The notes: generated from the letters alone by a model not told the origin. A DNA stretch of 64,000 nucleotides from an uncultured Thermoproteales archaeon (GCA_964497915.1 CAZCFI010000001.1:14279-78278), one strand, 5' to 3'; shown: positions 8,494 through 17,009, counted from the stretch's first letter. Made by a program: numbers and translations.

Positions 8494-9209
8494 CTCCCCA
8501 CGACCTTCAGGAAGACCTCCTCGAGGTTCTCAGCGCCGTACCTCTCTATGAGCTCGCGGGGGACGCCCACCTCAACTATGCGCCCCCTGTCTATTAGGGC
8601 CACTCTGTCGCACAGGTACTCTATCTCGAGCATGTTGTGGCTGGAGAGGAGCACGGTGACGCCGTGCTCCCTCGAGTACTCCTTTATCACGTTTCTCACG
8701 TACATGGCGTGGGCCACGTCAAGGCCGCTGGTTGGCTCGTCCAGGATCGCAAGCCTCGGCCTCACCATCAGGGCTCTGGCGACCAGCAGCCTGCGCTTCA
8801 TGCCCCTGCTATACGTCCTCACCTGCTTGTATATAGCGTCGCCCAGCCCAGAGATTCTGATGCCCTCCTCCACCACGGACGGCGGCGCCCCGTAGACCCT
8901 GGCCATAAACTCCAGGTACTCACGCCCGGTCAGCAGCCTGTAGGCCCCGGCCTCCTCGGGCAGGTAGCTTATCAGCTTCCTCACCTCGTCCGCCTCACTC
9001 ACGACGTCGTGCCCGAAGACCCTAACGACGCCAGAGGTGGGCTTGATTAGCGTCGCCACTATCCTGAGGGTCGTCGTCTTGCCAGCGCCGTTGGGCCCCA
9101 CGAGGCCGAAGATCTCGCCCCTCTCGACCTCGAAGCTGACGCCGTCGAGGGCCCTGACGGGGCCGTAGAGCTTCACCAGGTCCCTGACCTCCACCGCGAG
9201 CTCAGCCAT
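8490..9209 (-). CDS. ABC transporter ATP-binding protein
   Basis: Walker A 'GLVGPNGAGKTT', signature 'YSRGMKRRLLVARAL', Walker B 'LAILDEPTSGLD'. Confidence 0.92.
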   Translation of the reverse strand: MAELAVEVRDLVKLYGPVRALDGVSFEVERGEIFGLVGPNGAGKTTTLRIVATLIKPTSGVVRVFGHDVVSEADEVRKLISYLPEEAGAYRLLTGREYLEFMARVYGAPPSVVEEGIRISGLGDAIYKQVRTYSRGMKRRLLVARALMVRPRLAILDEPTSGLDVAHAMYVRNVIKEYSREHGVTVLLSSHNMLEIEYLCDRVALIDRGRIVEVGVPRELIERYGAENLEEVFLKVVGR

Positions 9210-9329
9210 AGGTCAAGTCCCCAGAGTACGAAGGCCGCAGCGCTTAAAAAGGCTTAGTGGCGGCCGTGAGCGCCAGCGGCTCTCAGCCGATGCAGGCCAC
9301 GTCACCGAGTCCGGTAAGCCCGCTCCTCA

Positions 9330-10862
9330 TCACCCTCGGGACCTAAGCGAGCCCCACCTCCTCACTCCGCCAGCCCTGAATATAGGCGTTTCGCCGTAGA
9401 GCCTGCCGGACACCTTCCACGCGCTGACCTGCGGCACGTACGTGACGGCCCCCGCCTCGGCCCTCGGCAGCCTTAGCGGCTCGTGGGAGAACTGAGCTAG
9501 CCTCTCGACCACCCTCCTCTCCTCTATGAACTTGGTGGTGTACGTGGCGTCTAGGAAGCGCTCGTCGCTCAGTATCAGCTTGTGGAGAGGTATGTTCGTC
9601 CTTATCCCCTCTATGACGAACTCGTCGAGCGCCCTGCTAAGCCGCGCGATGGCCCTCTCCCTGCTCTCGCCCCAGGCTATCAGCTTGACTATCAGCGGGT
9701 CGTAGTAGGGCGGCACCTCGCACCCCTCGTAGATGCCGCTCTCCACCCTTACGCCGAAGCCCCCAGGGGGGAGGTACCTGGTGACCAAGCCGGGGGACGG
9801 GCTGAAGTTGTTGTACGGGTCCTCGGCGTTTATCCTGACCTCTATCGAGTGCCCCCTCAGCTCGACCTCGCCCTGCGAGACCCTCAGCTCCTCCCCAGCC
9901 GCGATCCAGAACTGCTCCTCCACTATGTCGACGCCCGTGACCATCTCCGTCACTGGGTGCTCCACCTGGATCCTCGAGTTGACCTCGAGGAAGTAGAAGT
10001 CGCCCGTGTCCGGGACGTAGAGGAACTCGACAGTCCCCGCGTTCACGTACTTGACAGCTCTGGCGACCTTGATGGCCAGCTCAGTCACCCTCTCCCTCTC
10101 CTCCTCGCTTATCGAGGGCGAGGGGGCCTCCTCGAGCAGCTTCTGGAACCTCCTCTGAATCGAGCACTCCCTCTCGAAGAGGTGCACGACGTTGCCGTGC
10201 TTGTCGGCCAGTATCTGGACCTCTATGTGCTTGGCCTTTGGGAAGTACCTCTCCACGTACAGCTCAGCCCTGCCGAACGCTGACGAGGCCAGGCTCATGG
10301 CCGACTCGACGGCCTCGACCAGCTCCTCCTCGCTCCAGCAGATCCTCATCCCTATCCCGCCGCCGCCCAGCACTGGCTTGAGCATGACGGGGTAGCCCAC
10401 TTTGTCGGCAGCCTCCACGGCCTCGTCGACGCTCGACACCGGGTCCAGGGTGCCAGGTATCACGGGCACGCCAGCCGAGCTGAGCAGCCTCTTGGCCCCC
10501 AGCTTGTCGCCCGTCACCCTCTGGACGGGCTCAGGTGGGCCCACGAACTCGATGCCCTCCTCGGAGACCATCTTGGCGAACTCCGGGACCTGCGACAGGA
10601 AGCCGTAGCCCGGGTGGACGGCCTCCGCCCCGCACTTCTTGGCTATGGACACTATCCTCTCCATGTTGAGGTAGCTGTCCCTGGGCTCAGGGCCGCCCAC
10701 CACGTACGCCTCGTCGGCCATGAGGACGTGGAGCGACTTCGAGTCGGCTGACGAGTATATGGTGGCGACCCTCATCCCCAGCTCCTTGGCTGCCCTTATG
10801 ACCCTGACCGCTATCTCGCCCCTGTTGGCGACCAGTACCTTGCTGAACGGCCTGTCGCGCAT
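9330..10862 (-). CDS. accC: biotin carboxylase subunit of acetyl/propionyl-CoA carboxylase
   Basis: 'KVLVANRGEIAVRVIRA', ATP-grasp 'LKPVLGGGGIGMRICW', 'EVNSRIQVEHPVTE'. 510 aa. Confidence 0.93.
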   Translation of the reverse strand: MRDRPFSKVLVANRGEIAVRVIRAAKELGMRVATIYSSADSKSLHVLMADEAYVVGGPEPRDSYLNMERIVSIAKKCGAEAVHPGYGFLSQVPEFAKMVSEEGIEFVGPPEPVQRVTGDKLGAKRLLSSAGVPVIPGTLDPVSSVDEAVEAADKVGYPVMLKPVLGGGGIGMRICWSEEELVEAVESAMSLASSAFGRAELYVERYFPKAKHIEVQILADKHGNVVHLFERECSIQRRFQKLLEEAPSPSISEEERERVTELAIKVARAVKYVNAGTVEFLYVPDTGDFYFLEVNSRIQVEHPVTEMVTGVDIVEEQFWIAAGEELRVSQGEVELRGHSIEVRINAEDPYNNFSPSPGLVTRYLPPGGFGVRVESGIYEGCEVPPYYDPLIVKLIAWGESRERAIARLSRALDEFVIEGIRTNIPLHKLILSDERFLDATYTTKFIEERRVVERLAQFSHEPLRLPRAEAGAVTYVPQVSAWKVSGRLYGETPIFRAGGVRRWGSLRSRG

Positions 10863-10958
10863 GCCGAAGTAAGGATAGCCCTCAGGTATTTAACGGCTCT
10901 CAGCGCCCTCGGGCCGCGCCAGCCTTAGGCTAGGCCCTCTGGGATCTGAGGGATTAGG

Positions 10959-10970
10959 TTAAAATATAAT
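10959..10970. promoter_or_regulatory. TATA-like AT island between divergent accC and birA
   Basis: TTAAAATATAAT lies about 38 nt upstream of the birA ATG (11008). Confidence 0.4.
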
Positions 10971-11007
10971 TGCGGAGTCTTAGGTCATAAAAACGGTCGG
11001 GGGGCCC

Positions 11008-11754
11008 ATGCCGGAGTACAACATACTGAAGTTCAACGTCGTCCCGTCGACCATGGACCTGGCTAAGAGCTACGCCGCCCAGGGCTACCCCGAGTGGACC
11101 GTCATCGTGGCGCAGGAGCAGACTGGGGGGCGCGGCAGGTACGGCCGCTCCTGGTTCTCGCCGAGGGGCGGCCTGTGGTTCTCCGTGATACTCAGGCCTA
11201 GCTTCGACGTGCGCTACCTCTCGCTCGTGGGCTTCGCGGCGGCCGTCGCAGTGGTCGAGTCGATAAGGGAGGTGTCCGGCGTGGAGGCGGCGCTGAAGTG
11301 GCCGAACGACGTCCTAATAGGGGACAGGAAGGTCGCTGGCATCCTCGTGGAGGCGACGCTCGCCGCTGAGAAGGCTGAGTTCGTCGTGCTTGGAGTGGGC
11401 GTCAACACGAACGTTAAGCTAGACGAGGCCCCAGAGGACCTGCGAGGTAGGATGTGCTCGCTCATGGAGGTCACTGGGAGGGAGGTTGACAATGACAAGC
11501 TCCTCGAGGCCTTCTTGAGCAGGTTCTCAGAGCTCTACGCGTGCATCCCGGAGAGGTCGCACGTGGTGGTCGCGAGGTGGAAGGAGCACTCTTCTACCAT
11601 AGGCTCGCTCGTCAAGGCCAAGGTCAGGGGGACTGAGATTTACGGGCGCGCGATAGACGTGGACCCGCTGGGCAGGCTGCTCGTGAGGAGGGGCGACGGC
11701 TCGGTCGTGAGGGTCGACGCCGGAGAGGTGATACACCTCCGCGAGGTCGGCTAG
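11008..11754 (+). CDS. birA: biotin-[acetyl-CoA-carboxylase] ligase, class I (no N-terminal HTH)
   Basis: 'AQEQTGGRGRYGRSWFSPRGGLWFS' (GRGRxGRxW biotin-binding loop) and 'KWPNDVLIGDRKVAGILVE'. Confidence 0.88.
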   Translation: MPEYNILKFNVVPSTMDLAKSYAAQGYPEWTVIVAQEQTGGRGRYGRSWFSPRGGLWFSVILRPSFDVRYLSLVGFAAAVAVVESIREVSGVEAALKWPNDVLIGDRKVAGILVEATLAAEKAEFVVLGVGVNTNVKLDEAPEDLRGRMCSLMEVTGREVDNDKLLEAFLSRFSELYACIPERSHVVVARWKEHSSTIGSLVKAKVRGTEIYGRAIDVDPLGRLLVRRGDGSVVRVDAGEVIHLREVG

Positions 11755-11782
11755 GAGGTAGGCTCACGTGGTCATCTGACGA

Positions 11783-12163
11783 TCAGCCCTCCCCCTTGCC
11801 GAGCACTACGATCTCTTGGTTAGTCCTAACGAAGTCGCCCTCCCTAACGAGCACCCTCCTAACTACGCCGTCCCCGTCGGACGTGACCTCGATGTGGGTC
11901 TTCATCGACTCTATCACGGCTAGCGCTTGGCCGCCCTCCACCTTGTCGCCCTCCCTCACGAGGACCTTGACGACCCTGCCGCTTATGGGCGCCCTGACGA
12001 CGTTCCCGGCGGTCGCGGGCCTCGGGGCTCTCCGCTCGACGACCCTGGCCCTGGGCACTAGCCTCAGCAGGCCCTCGCGCAGGTCCCTCGGGTCCTTGAC
12101 GTCCACCTCGACCTCGTAGACCTTGTCCCCTATGGTCACCCTGTACCTCCTCTTGGGGCTCAT
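11783..12163 (-). CDS. accB: biotin carboxyl carrier protein
   Basis: Biotinyl-lysine motif 'LAVIESMKTHIEV' (Lys88, codon 11900-11902) within a lipoyl/biotinyl beta-fold pattern. Confidence 0.88.
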   Translation of the reverse strand: MSPKRRYRVTIGDKVYEVEVDVKDPRDLREGLLRLVPRARVVERRAPRPATAGNVVRAPISGRVVKVLVREGDKVEGGQALAVIESMKTHIEVTSDGDGVVRRVLVREGDFVRTNQEIVVLGKGEG

Positions 12164-12336
12164 GGCAAGCGCCTCAGGGCGATGTCTAGCCTCGATCCTA
12201 TCCTCCAGAGGCTCGCCCCAGCTGGGCCCCTGGGGGTGGCCCGCGCGGCCTCAGCCCTAGCGCGCCCCCTCTCAGCCTCGCTCGAGATATAGGCGCAGAC
12301 CGCTAGGAGCGCCACCAGGCGCTCATCGACGGCCAT
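12160..12336 (-). CDS. 58-aa mini-protein between pccB and accB (possible carboxylase accessory, epsilon-like subunit)
   Basis: The ATG at 12336 lies 2 nt after the pccB stop (TGAGGATG), and its stop overlaps the accB ATG (ATGA). Sequence: 'MAVDERLVALLAVCAYISSEAERGRARAEAARATPRGPAGASLWRIGSRLDIALRRLP'. Confidence 0.4.
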   Translation of the reverse strand: MAVDERLVALLAVCAYISSEAERGRARAEAARATPRGPAGASLWRIGSRLDIALRRLP

Positions 12337-12338
12337 CC

Positions 12339-13901
12339 TCACACCGGCATGAGGCCGTGCTTCTTCGGCACCCTGTCCCTGACCTCCCTCTTTGACAGGC
12401 ACACCTCCAGGGCCTTGACGAGCATGGGCCTGGTCTCGTGGGGCACTATCACGGCGTCGACGTAGCCCCTCGACGCGGCCACGTAGGGGTTCGCCAGCCT
12501 ATCCCTGTACTCCCCCACGAACTTCCTGAGGAGCTCCTGCGGGTCCTCGGCGGCCTCGAGCTCCCTCCTGTAAATTATCTCCACTGCCCCCTCTGGCCCC
12601 ATCACCGCTATCTCGGCGGTGGGCCACGCGAACACGAAGTCGGCCCCGAGGTGCCTGCTCCCGAGCGCTATGTAGGCGCCGCCGTACGCCTTCCTGACTA
12701 TGACGGTGAGCTTGGGGACCGTGGCCTCGGCGTACGCGTAGATTATCTTGGCGCCGTGCCTTATCACGCCGCCGTGCTCCTGCTCCGTCCCCGGCAGGAA
12801 GCCCGGGACGTCGACGAACGTCACCACGGGGATGTTGAAGGCGTCGCAGAACCTCACGAACCTGGAGATCTTGTCAGACGAGTCTATGTCCAGGCAGCCG
12901 GCGTAGACCTGGGGCTGGTTGGCCACCACGCCCACAACGTTGCCAGCTAGCCTGGCGAAGCCGACTATGGCGTTGGGGGCGAAATCAGCCTGGACCTCGA
13001 GGAACGTGCCCCTGTCGACGACCCTCTCGATCACCTCCCTCATGTCGTACACCTCGCTCGGGTCCTCTGGCACTACCTGGTCGAGCTCGTAGTCCATGCG
13101 GTCGGGGTCGTCGCCGGTGTCCTCGTAGGGCGGGTCCTCCATGTTGTTCGACGGCAGGTAGCTCAGCAGCCTCTTGATCAGCTCCACGCACTCCCTGTCG
13201 TCCTTGGCCACGAAGTGAGCGACGCCGCTGACCCTGGAGTGGACGTGGGGGCCGCCCAGCTCCTGGTGCGTCACCTCCTCGCCTATGGCCGCCTTGACCA
13301 CCCTGGGGCCCGTTATGTACATGAAGCTCGTGCCCTCGACCATGACTATGAAGTCCGCCAGCGCTGGCGAGTAGACGGCACCGCCAGCGCACGGCCCCAT
13401 TATGGCGACTATCTGGGGTATGACGCCTGACGCCAGCACGTTCCTGTAGAATATCTCGCCGTACCCCCTGAGCGAGTCGACGCCCTCCTGTATCCTGGCG
13501 CCCCCGGAGTCGTTGAGGCCTATCACCGGCACGCCCATCCTGAGCGCGGCGTCCAGGAGCTTGGCTATCTTGAGGGCGTGCATCTCGCCCACGCTGCCTC
13601 CCATGAACGTGAAGTCCTGCGCGTAGACGGCGACGAGCCTTCCACCGACCTTGCCGAAGCCGGTCACCACGCCGTCCCCGAGGCACTTCCTCTTCTCCAT
13701 CCCGAACTCGTGGCTCCTGTGGAGGACGAACGCGTCCACCTCGATGAACGTGCCCTCGTCCAGCAGCAGGTCTAATCTCTCCCTAGCCGTGAGCTTGCCC
13801 GCCTTGTGCTGCCTCTCTACCCTCTCGGGCCCGCCGCCCAGCTTGGCCTGCTCCCTGAGCTTAAGCAGCTCGGCTATCTTTCTGCTCACCATCCCCACCA
13901 C
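12339..13901 (-). CDS. pccB: acyl-CoA carboxylase carboxyltransferase subunit (propionyl-CoA carboxylase beta / methylmalonyl-CoA decarboxylase alpha family)
   Basis: 'QHKAGKLTARERLDLLLDEGTFIE', 'NDSGGARIQEGVDSL', 'IMGPCAGGAVYSPAL'. 520 aa. Confidence 0.93.
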   Translation of the reverse strand: MVGMVSRKIAELLKLREQAKLGGGPERVERQHKAGKLTARERLDLLLDEGTFIEVDAFVLHRSHEFGMEKRKCLGDGVVTGFGKVGGRLVAVYAQDFTFMGGSVGEMHALKIAKLLDAALRMGVPVIGLNDSGGARIQEGVDSLRGYGEIFYRNVLASGVIPQIVAIMGPCAGGAVYSPALADFIVMVEGTSFMYITGPRVVKAAIGEEVTHQELGGPHVHSRVSGVAHFVAKDDRECVELIKRLLSYLPSNNMEDPPYEDTGDDPDRMDYELDQVVPEDPSEVYDMREVIERVVDRGTFLEVQADFAPNAIVGFARLAGNVVGVVANQPQVYAGCLDIDSSDKISRFVRFCDAFNIPVVTFVDVPGFLPGTEQEHGGVIRHGAKIIYAYAEATVPKLTVIVRKAYGGAYIALGSRHLGADFVFAWPTAEIAVMGPEGAVEIIYRRELEAAEDPQELLRKFVGEYRDRLANPYVAASRGYVDAVIVPHETRPMLVKALEVCLSKREVRDRVPKKHGLMPV

Positions 13902-13923
13902 CAGAAGCGCCGGGCAAGCGCCC

Positions 13924-14901
13924 CTACTTTACCTCCTCAACCCAGGCCTCGTATGTGAGGTCCCCGACCCTTACCTCCACGAGCTTGGCCCCGCGCCTCA
14001 GGGCCTCGACCGCCCTGCTGACGCTGCTCCTCACCCTCTCGATGAGAGCCAGGTAGCTCTTGAGCGCCCTAGCGTAGCCAGCGTGGCTCACCCCCACGAC
14101 GCTCACGGTCTCGCCCGGCGATACCCACGCGACCTTATCCAAGTCGCACGGGTGGACGCGGCCTATTACGGGGCCCGAGAACCTGCCGTGGTCGAGCGCC
14201 ACGGCGAGCCTGCTCCCATCGAGCTTGACGAGGGAGCCGAGCGATGGGCTCGCCGACTCAGCCGCGCCGTCCCCCTTGAGGCCGAGGCTGTCCCCCGAGC
14301 CCTCCAGCACCAGGCCAGCGCTCAGGTCCTTCTCTACCACCGTGAAGTCGAATGGCTTGGTCTCGCGCCCCTCCTCCAGCACGGCCCTGAGAGTCCTGTC
14401 CCTCATCTCAGCGAGTATCTGGGACGGCACCCTCCTGGCTGGCAGCTCTTCGACCAGCTCCCTGAGGTCGCTGGGGCTGACCTCGACCCCCACCGTGGCC
14501 CCGCTGCTCAGTGGCTTCTTTACAGCGCTCGCCGCCCAGGCCATCCCAGCGGCGGCGATGTAGGCCACGCCCCCGCTGGGGCACTTGACCTCTATGGTGG
14601 CGCCCTCCGGCACCAGCAGGGCCTGCCACAGCGGGGCCTCCCTGCCCGCCAGCGCCAGCGACGCGCTCCCCGTGACGGCCACCACCACGTCCCTCTCGGC
14701 CCTGGCCATGAGGCTGCCGCCCAGGACCTCGATGGCCTGGGGGAGGTCGGCGTTGCCCACCAGGACGTTGGCGGTGTAGTACGAGAAGAAGTCGACGATG
14801 AAGCTCCTGTCCACGGGCGAGGCCTCCGACACCAGGTAGGCGCTGCTGGCGTTGACGAGCCTCAGGGTCATTGCGGCACCTTCGTCGATTGTTGATTGCA
14901 C
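13924..14901 (-). CDS. allophanate hydrolase subunit 2 / 5-oxoprolinase subunit C-like (AHS2, biotin-dependent carboxyltransferase family)
   Basis: 'ANVLVGNADLPQAIEVLGGSLMARAERDVVVAVTG...APLWQALLVPEGATIEV...GGVAYIAAAG' follows the AHS2/KipA pattern. Start at 14901 or 14871. Confidence 0.65.
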   Translation of the reverse strand: MQSTIDEGAAMTLRLVNASSAYLVSEASPVDRSFIVDFFSYYTANVLVGNADLPQAIEVLGGSLMARAERDVVVAVTGSASLALAGREAPLWQALLVPEGATIEVKCPSGGVAYIAAAGMAWAASAVKKPLSSGATVGVEVSPSDLRELVEELPARRVPSQILAEMRDRTLRAVLEEGRETKPFDFTVVEKDLSAGLVLEGSGDSLGLKGDGAAESASPSLGSLVKLDGSRLAVALDHGRFSGPVIGRVHPCDLDKVAWVSPGETVSVVGVSHAGYARALKSYLALIERVRSSVSRAVEALRRGAKLVEVRVGDLTYEAWVEEVK

Positions 14902-14951
14902 TATAACCTTCTGTCGATATATAAGTATTAGTTTTATACGCGTAAAACCGG

Positions 14952-15770
14952 CTACACCCTCAGCCTCTGGACGACCGGAAGCCTGCGCTCCACCGCCTCA
15001 GCCGCCCTCACGAGGGCGTGGGCATAGACCCTGCCGAACTCCGTCAGGTAGACCGGCCTCTCCCTGCCCCTGTATGCCTTGTAGACGAAGCCCTTCCTGG
15101 CCAGGCTGTCGACTAGGCGGCTGTACCTGTTCTTCACGGCTGGCACTGACGGGTCGTCGCCGCACCACTCGATGAGGTCCCTTATGGAGCCAGCCTCCCC
15201 GCCCCTCCTGTACAGCGCCAGGAGGATCCGCTCGCACAGCTCCCTCTCGTCGTCGCTCAGCAGCTTGAGCCTGACGCTCGGGAGCTGCAGCTCCATGGGC
15301 TCCAGCCCCCTCTTGTCGTCCTTCTGCTCCAGCCACTCCTCGAACCTGGGCGAGTCGGGGGGCGGTATGAAGTCGCCCCTCTTCTCAGGGGTCGTCGCGA
15401 CGACGTACATGTGGACGCCCCTGAACATCAGAGCCAGCGTCGTGACGGCCGCCACGGCCTCAGGGGGCAGGTCGGTGACGTCGATGTAGACCTCGCGCCT
15501 CCTGATGGCGCACTCCCTGTACAGTATGGCGAACAGCTTGGAGAAGACGTTCTCGAAGGACTGGGGGTTTATCGGCACCCTCTCGGGCCTGAAGTACTCG
15601 AGCCACTTGGCGAGCTTGCTCGCGTTCCTCCTCGACGCGAAGCCGTAGCGGTCGCTCTTGCTGTCGTGCAGTATGTAGACCCTCTCGATGCCCTTGGCTG
15701 CCCTCAGCCTCTCGAACCCGTCGCGCTGCAGCGTGGGGTGGAAGGCAGTGTAGATGACAACTACGACCAT
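14952..15770 (-). CDS. putative ligand-sensing transcriptional regulator: N-terminal Rossmann-like (Csa3/CARF-like, HFX_2341-type) domain plus C-terminal winged helix
   Basis: The N-terminus alternates strands and helices ('MVVVVIYTAF', 'RVYILHD', 'VYIDVTDLPPEAVAAV', 'VHMYVVAT'). The C-terminus 'ERELCERILLALYRRGGEAGSIRDLIEW...YSRLVDSLARKGFVYKAYRGRERPVYLTEFG' is wHTH-like. Confidence 0.55.
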   Translation of the reverse strand: MVVVVIYTAFHPTLQRDGFERLRAAKGIERVYILHDSKSDRYGFASRRNASKLAKWLEYFRPERVPINPQSFENVFSKLFAILYRECAIRRREVYIDVTDLPPEAVAAVTTLALMFRGVHMYVVATTPEKRGDFIPPPDSPRFEEWLEQKDDKRGLEPMELQLPSVRLKLLSDDERELCERILLALYRRGGEAGSIRDLIEWCGDDPSVPAVKNRYSRLVDSLARKGFVYKAYRGRERPVYLTEFGRVYAHALVRAAEAVERRLPVVQRLRV

Positions 15771-15776
15771 GAACTA

Positions 15777-15804
15777 CCACGGTATCTGAGTGCTGCCACG
15801 GTAA
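15777..15804. promoter_or_regulatory. direct repeat CCACGGTA(T/A) x2 between the TATA box and the start of the regulator gene (operator-like)
   Basis: CCACGGTAT at 15777-15785 and CCACGGTAA at 15796-15804, 19 nt apart. They lie between the putative TATA (15823-15832, GATATATATC) and the start codon at 15770. Confidence 0.4.
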
Positions 15805-15857
15805 TACTCTAAGGGTTCCGGGATATATATCTTTCTAACCGTCACAATGCTCATCTA

Positions 15858-15927
15858 ATGGTATCTATTTCGCGTTACCATCCATGCCTGAGCTCGGCAT
15901 CAGTCAGTAACACAAAATAGATACCAT
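15858..15927. repeat. nested inverted repeat (13-bp outer arms, inner ATGCC/GGCAT hairpin around GAGCTC)
   Basis: ATGGTATCTATTT (15858-15870) is the exact reverse complement of AAATAGATACCAT (15915-15927). Inside the loop, CATGCCTGAGCTCGGCATC forms a second hairpin. Confidence 0.7.
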
Positions 15928-15990
15928 AACGGCTGAGCGTGAACTTACGCTGGGTGCGTTCAGGTAGGCCGCGCTCGTTACTATCATAAT

Positions 15991-16005
15991 GGATATATAA
16001 TATCC
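15991..16005 (+). promoter_or_regulatory. palindromic TATA-like element upstream of the NurA-like gene
   Basis: GGATATATAATATCC lies about 30 nt upstream of ATG 16035, which would give a leaderless or near-leaderless transcript. Confidence 0.45.
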
Positions 16006-16034
16006 GCGCGTGACTCTCACAGTGAACGGGCTTG

Positions 16035-17006
16035 ATGAGGACCATCAGCGCCATATCCAGGGCCGACGCTGAGGCACTGGTGTCCAAGCTCAGGGCGCTG
16101 TACCTCAGCGCTAGGGCGACCCCCCTCGGCCGCCCGCGGCTGAGGCTGGGCGGCACCGTGCTCGAGGGCCCCCCGATCGACCGGTGCAGGGTCAGGTACC
16201 TGGAGCCCCTGCCGAGCAGGGCCACCTTCGCCGCCGTCGACGCCTCGATAAGGGCCCTCCTAGACTTAGGCTCGTGCATCGTGGTCGCCGCCAAGGTCGC
16301 CGCCGCTGCCTGGAGGAGGGGGGCCAGGGTCTACTCGCCCGACCCGCGAGTGAGGGTCACGGCCGTCGGGGGGAGGAGGGAAGCGGGGGACTGGCTGGCT
16401 AGGGTCGAGCTCGAGGAGGCCCTGCGCCTGCTCCGCAGGCTGAGGGGGGGCGACTACCTGCTCCTAGACAGGGGGCTGGTGGCGCACCCGCGGGTGAGCG
16501 AGGCGACCAGGTCCCTAGCACTGAGGGTGGTCGGCGAGGCGCTGGAGGCTGGCGTCAGAGTCGTCGGCGTGCCGAAGAGGTGCAGCGCCAAGCTGAGCGG
16601 TGGCGCTAGCGCAGTAGGGGTCATCGCTAGGCTCGCCAGCGAGAGGTTCCCCGAGATGCCTTGGTACTACTACCCGCTGTTCAGCAGGGGCGGCCCGCTC
16701 CTCGGTGACGTAGCCGTAGCTAAGTTCAGCGAGGAGTGCGACGCCGCCTTCAGGGTCGACCTGGCCATCGGGGACGACTGCGACGTTGGCGTCGCACTCG
16801 GCGAGGTGGCCTACGTGCAGGACTCCTGCCTGCCGGGCTACCCCCACCCCCTCAAGGCCGTCCACGAGGAGGCCAGGATGAGCGAGCACGAGGTTGAGTG
16901 CCTCAGGGGGGCCGTCCTAGAGCTCCTAGAGGCCGAGGGGGTCCTCGATGAGTTGGCAGGGGGCCTGAGCCTGCTGAGCTTCAAGGAGAGGTACCTGTGG
17001 GGGTGA
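16035..17006 (+). CDS. NurA-like nuclease
   Basis: Motif series resembling the NurA catalytic residues: 'FAAVDASIRAL', 'RVELEEAL', 'YLLLDRGL', 'VVGVPKRCSAKL', 'GYPHPLKAVHEEAR'. Immediately upstream of a HerA-like ATPase. TTG at 16032 is an alternative start. Confidence 0.6.
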   Translation: MRTISAISRADAEALVSKLRALYLSARATPLGRPRLRLGGTVLEGPPIDRCRVRYLEPLPSRATFAAVDASIRALLDLGSCIVVAAKVAAAAWRRGARVYSPDPRVRVTAVGGRREAGDWLARVELEEALRLLRRLRGGDYLLLDRGLVAHPRVSEATRSLALRVVGEALEAGVRVVGVPKRCSAKLSGGASAVGVIARLASERFPEMPWYYYPLFSRGGPLLGDVAVAKFSEECDAAFRVDLAIGDDCDVGVALGEVAYVQDSCLPGYPHPLKAVHEEARMSEHEVECLRGAVLELLEAEGVLDELAGGLSLLSFKERYLWG

Positions 17007-17009
17007 GCC

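Noticed and set aside
11783-13901. Interpretation as a membrane Na+-pumping methylmalonyl-CoA decarboxylase
   Set aside because: No integral-membrane beta subunit gene is present in the cluster, while a biotin carboxylase (accC) and birA are. That favours a carboxylase.
13651-14895. 414-aa plus-strand ORF
   Set aside because: It lies entirely antisense to the well-supported pccB and AHS2-like genes. The translation is a P/A/R/G/L low-complexity string with no motifs, a typical shadow ORF in GC-rich DNA.
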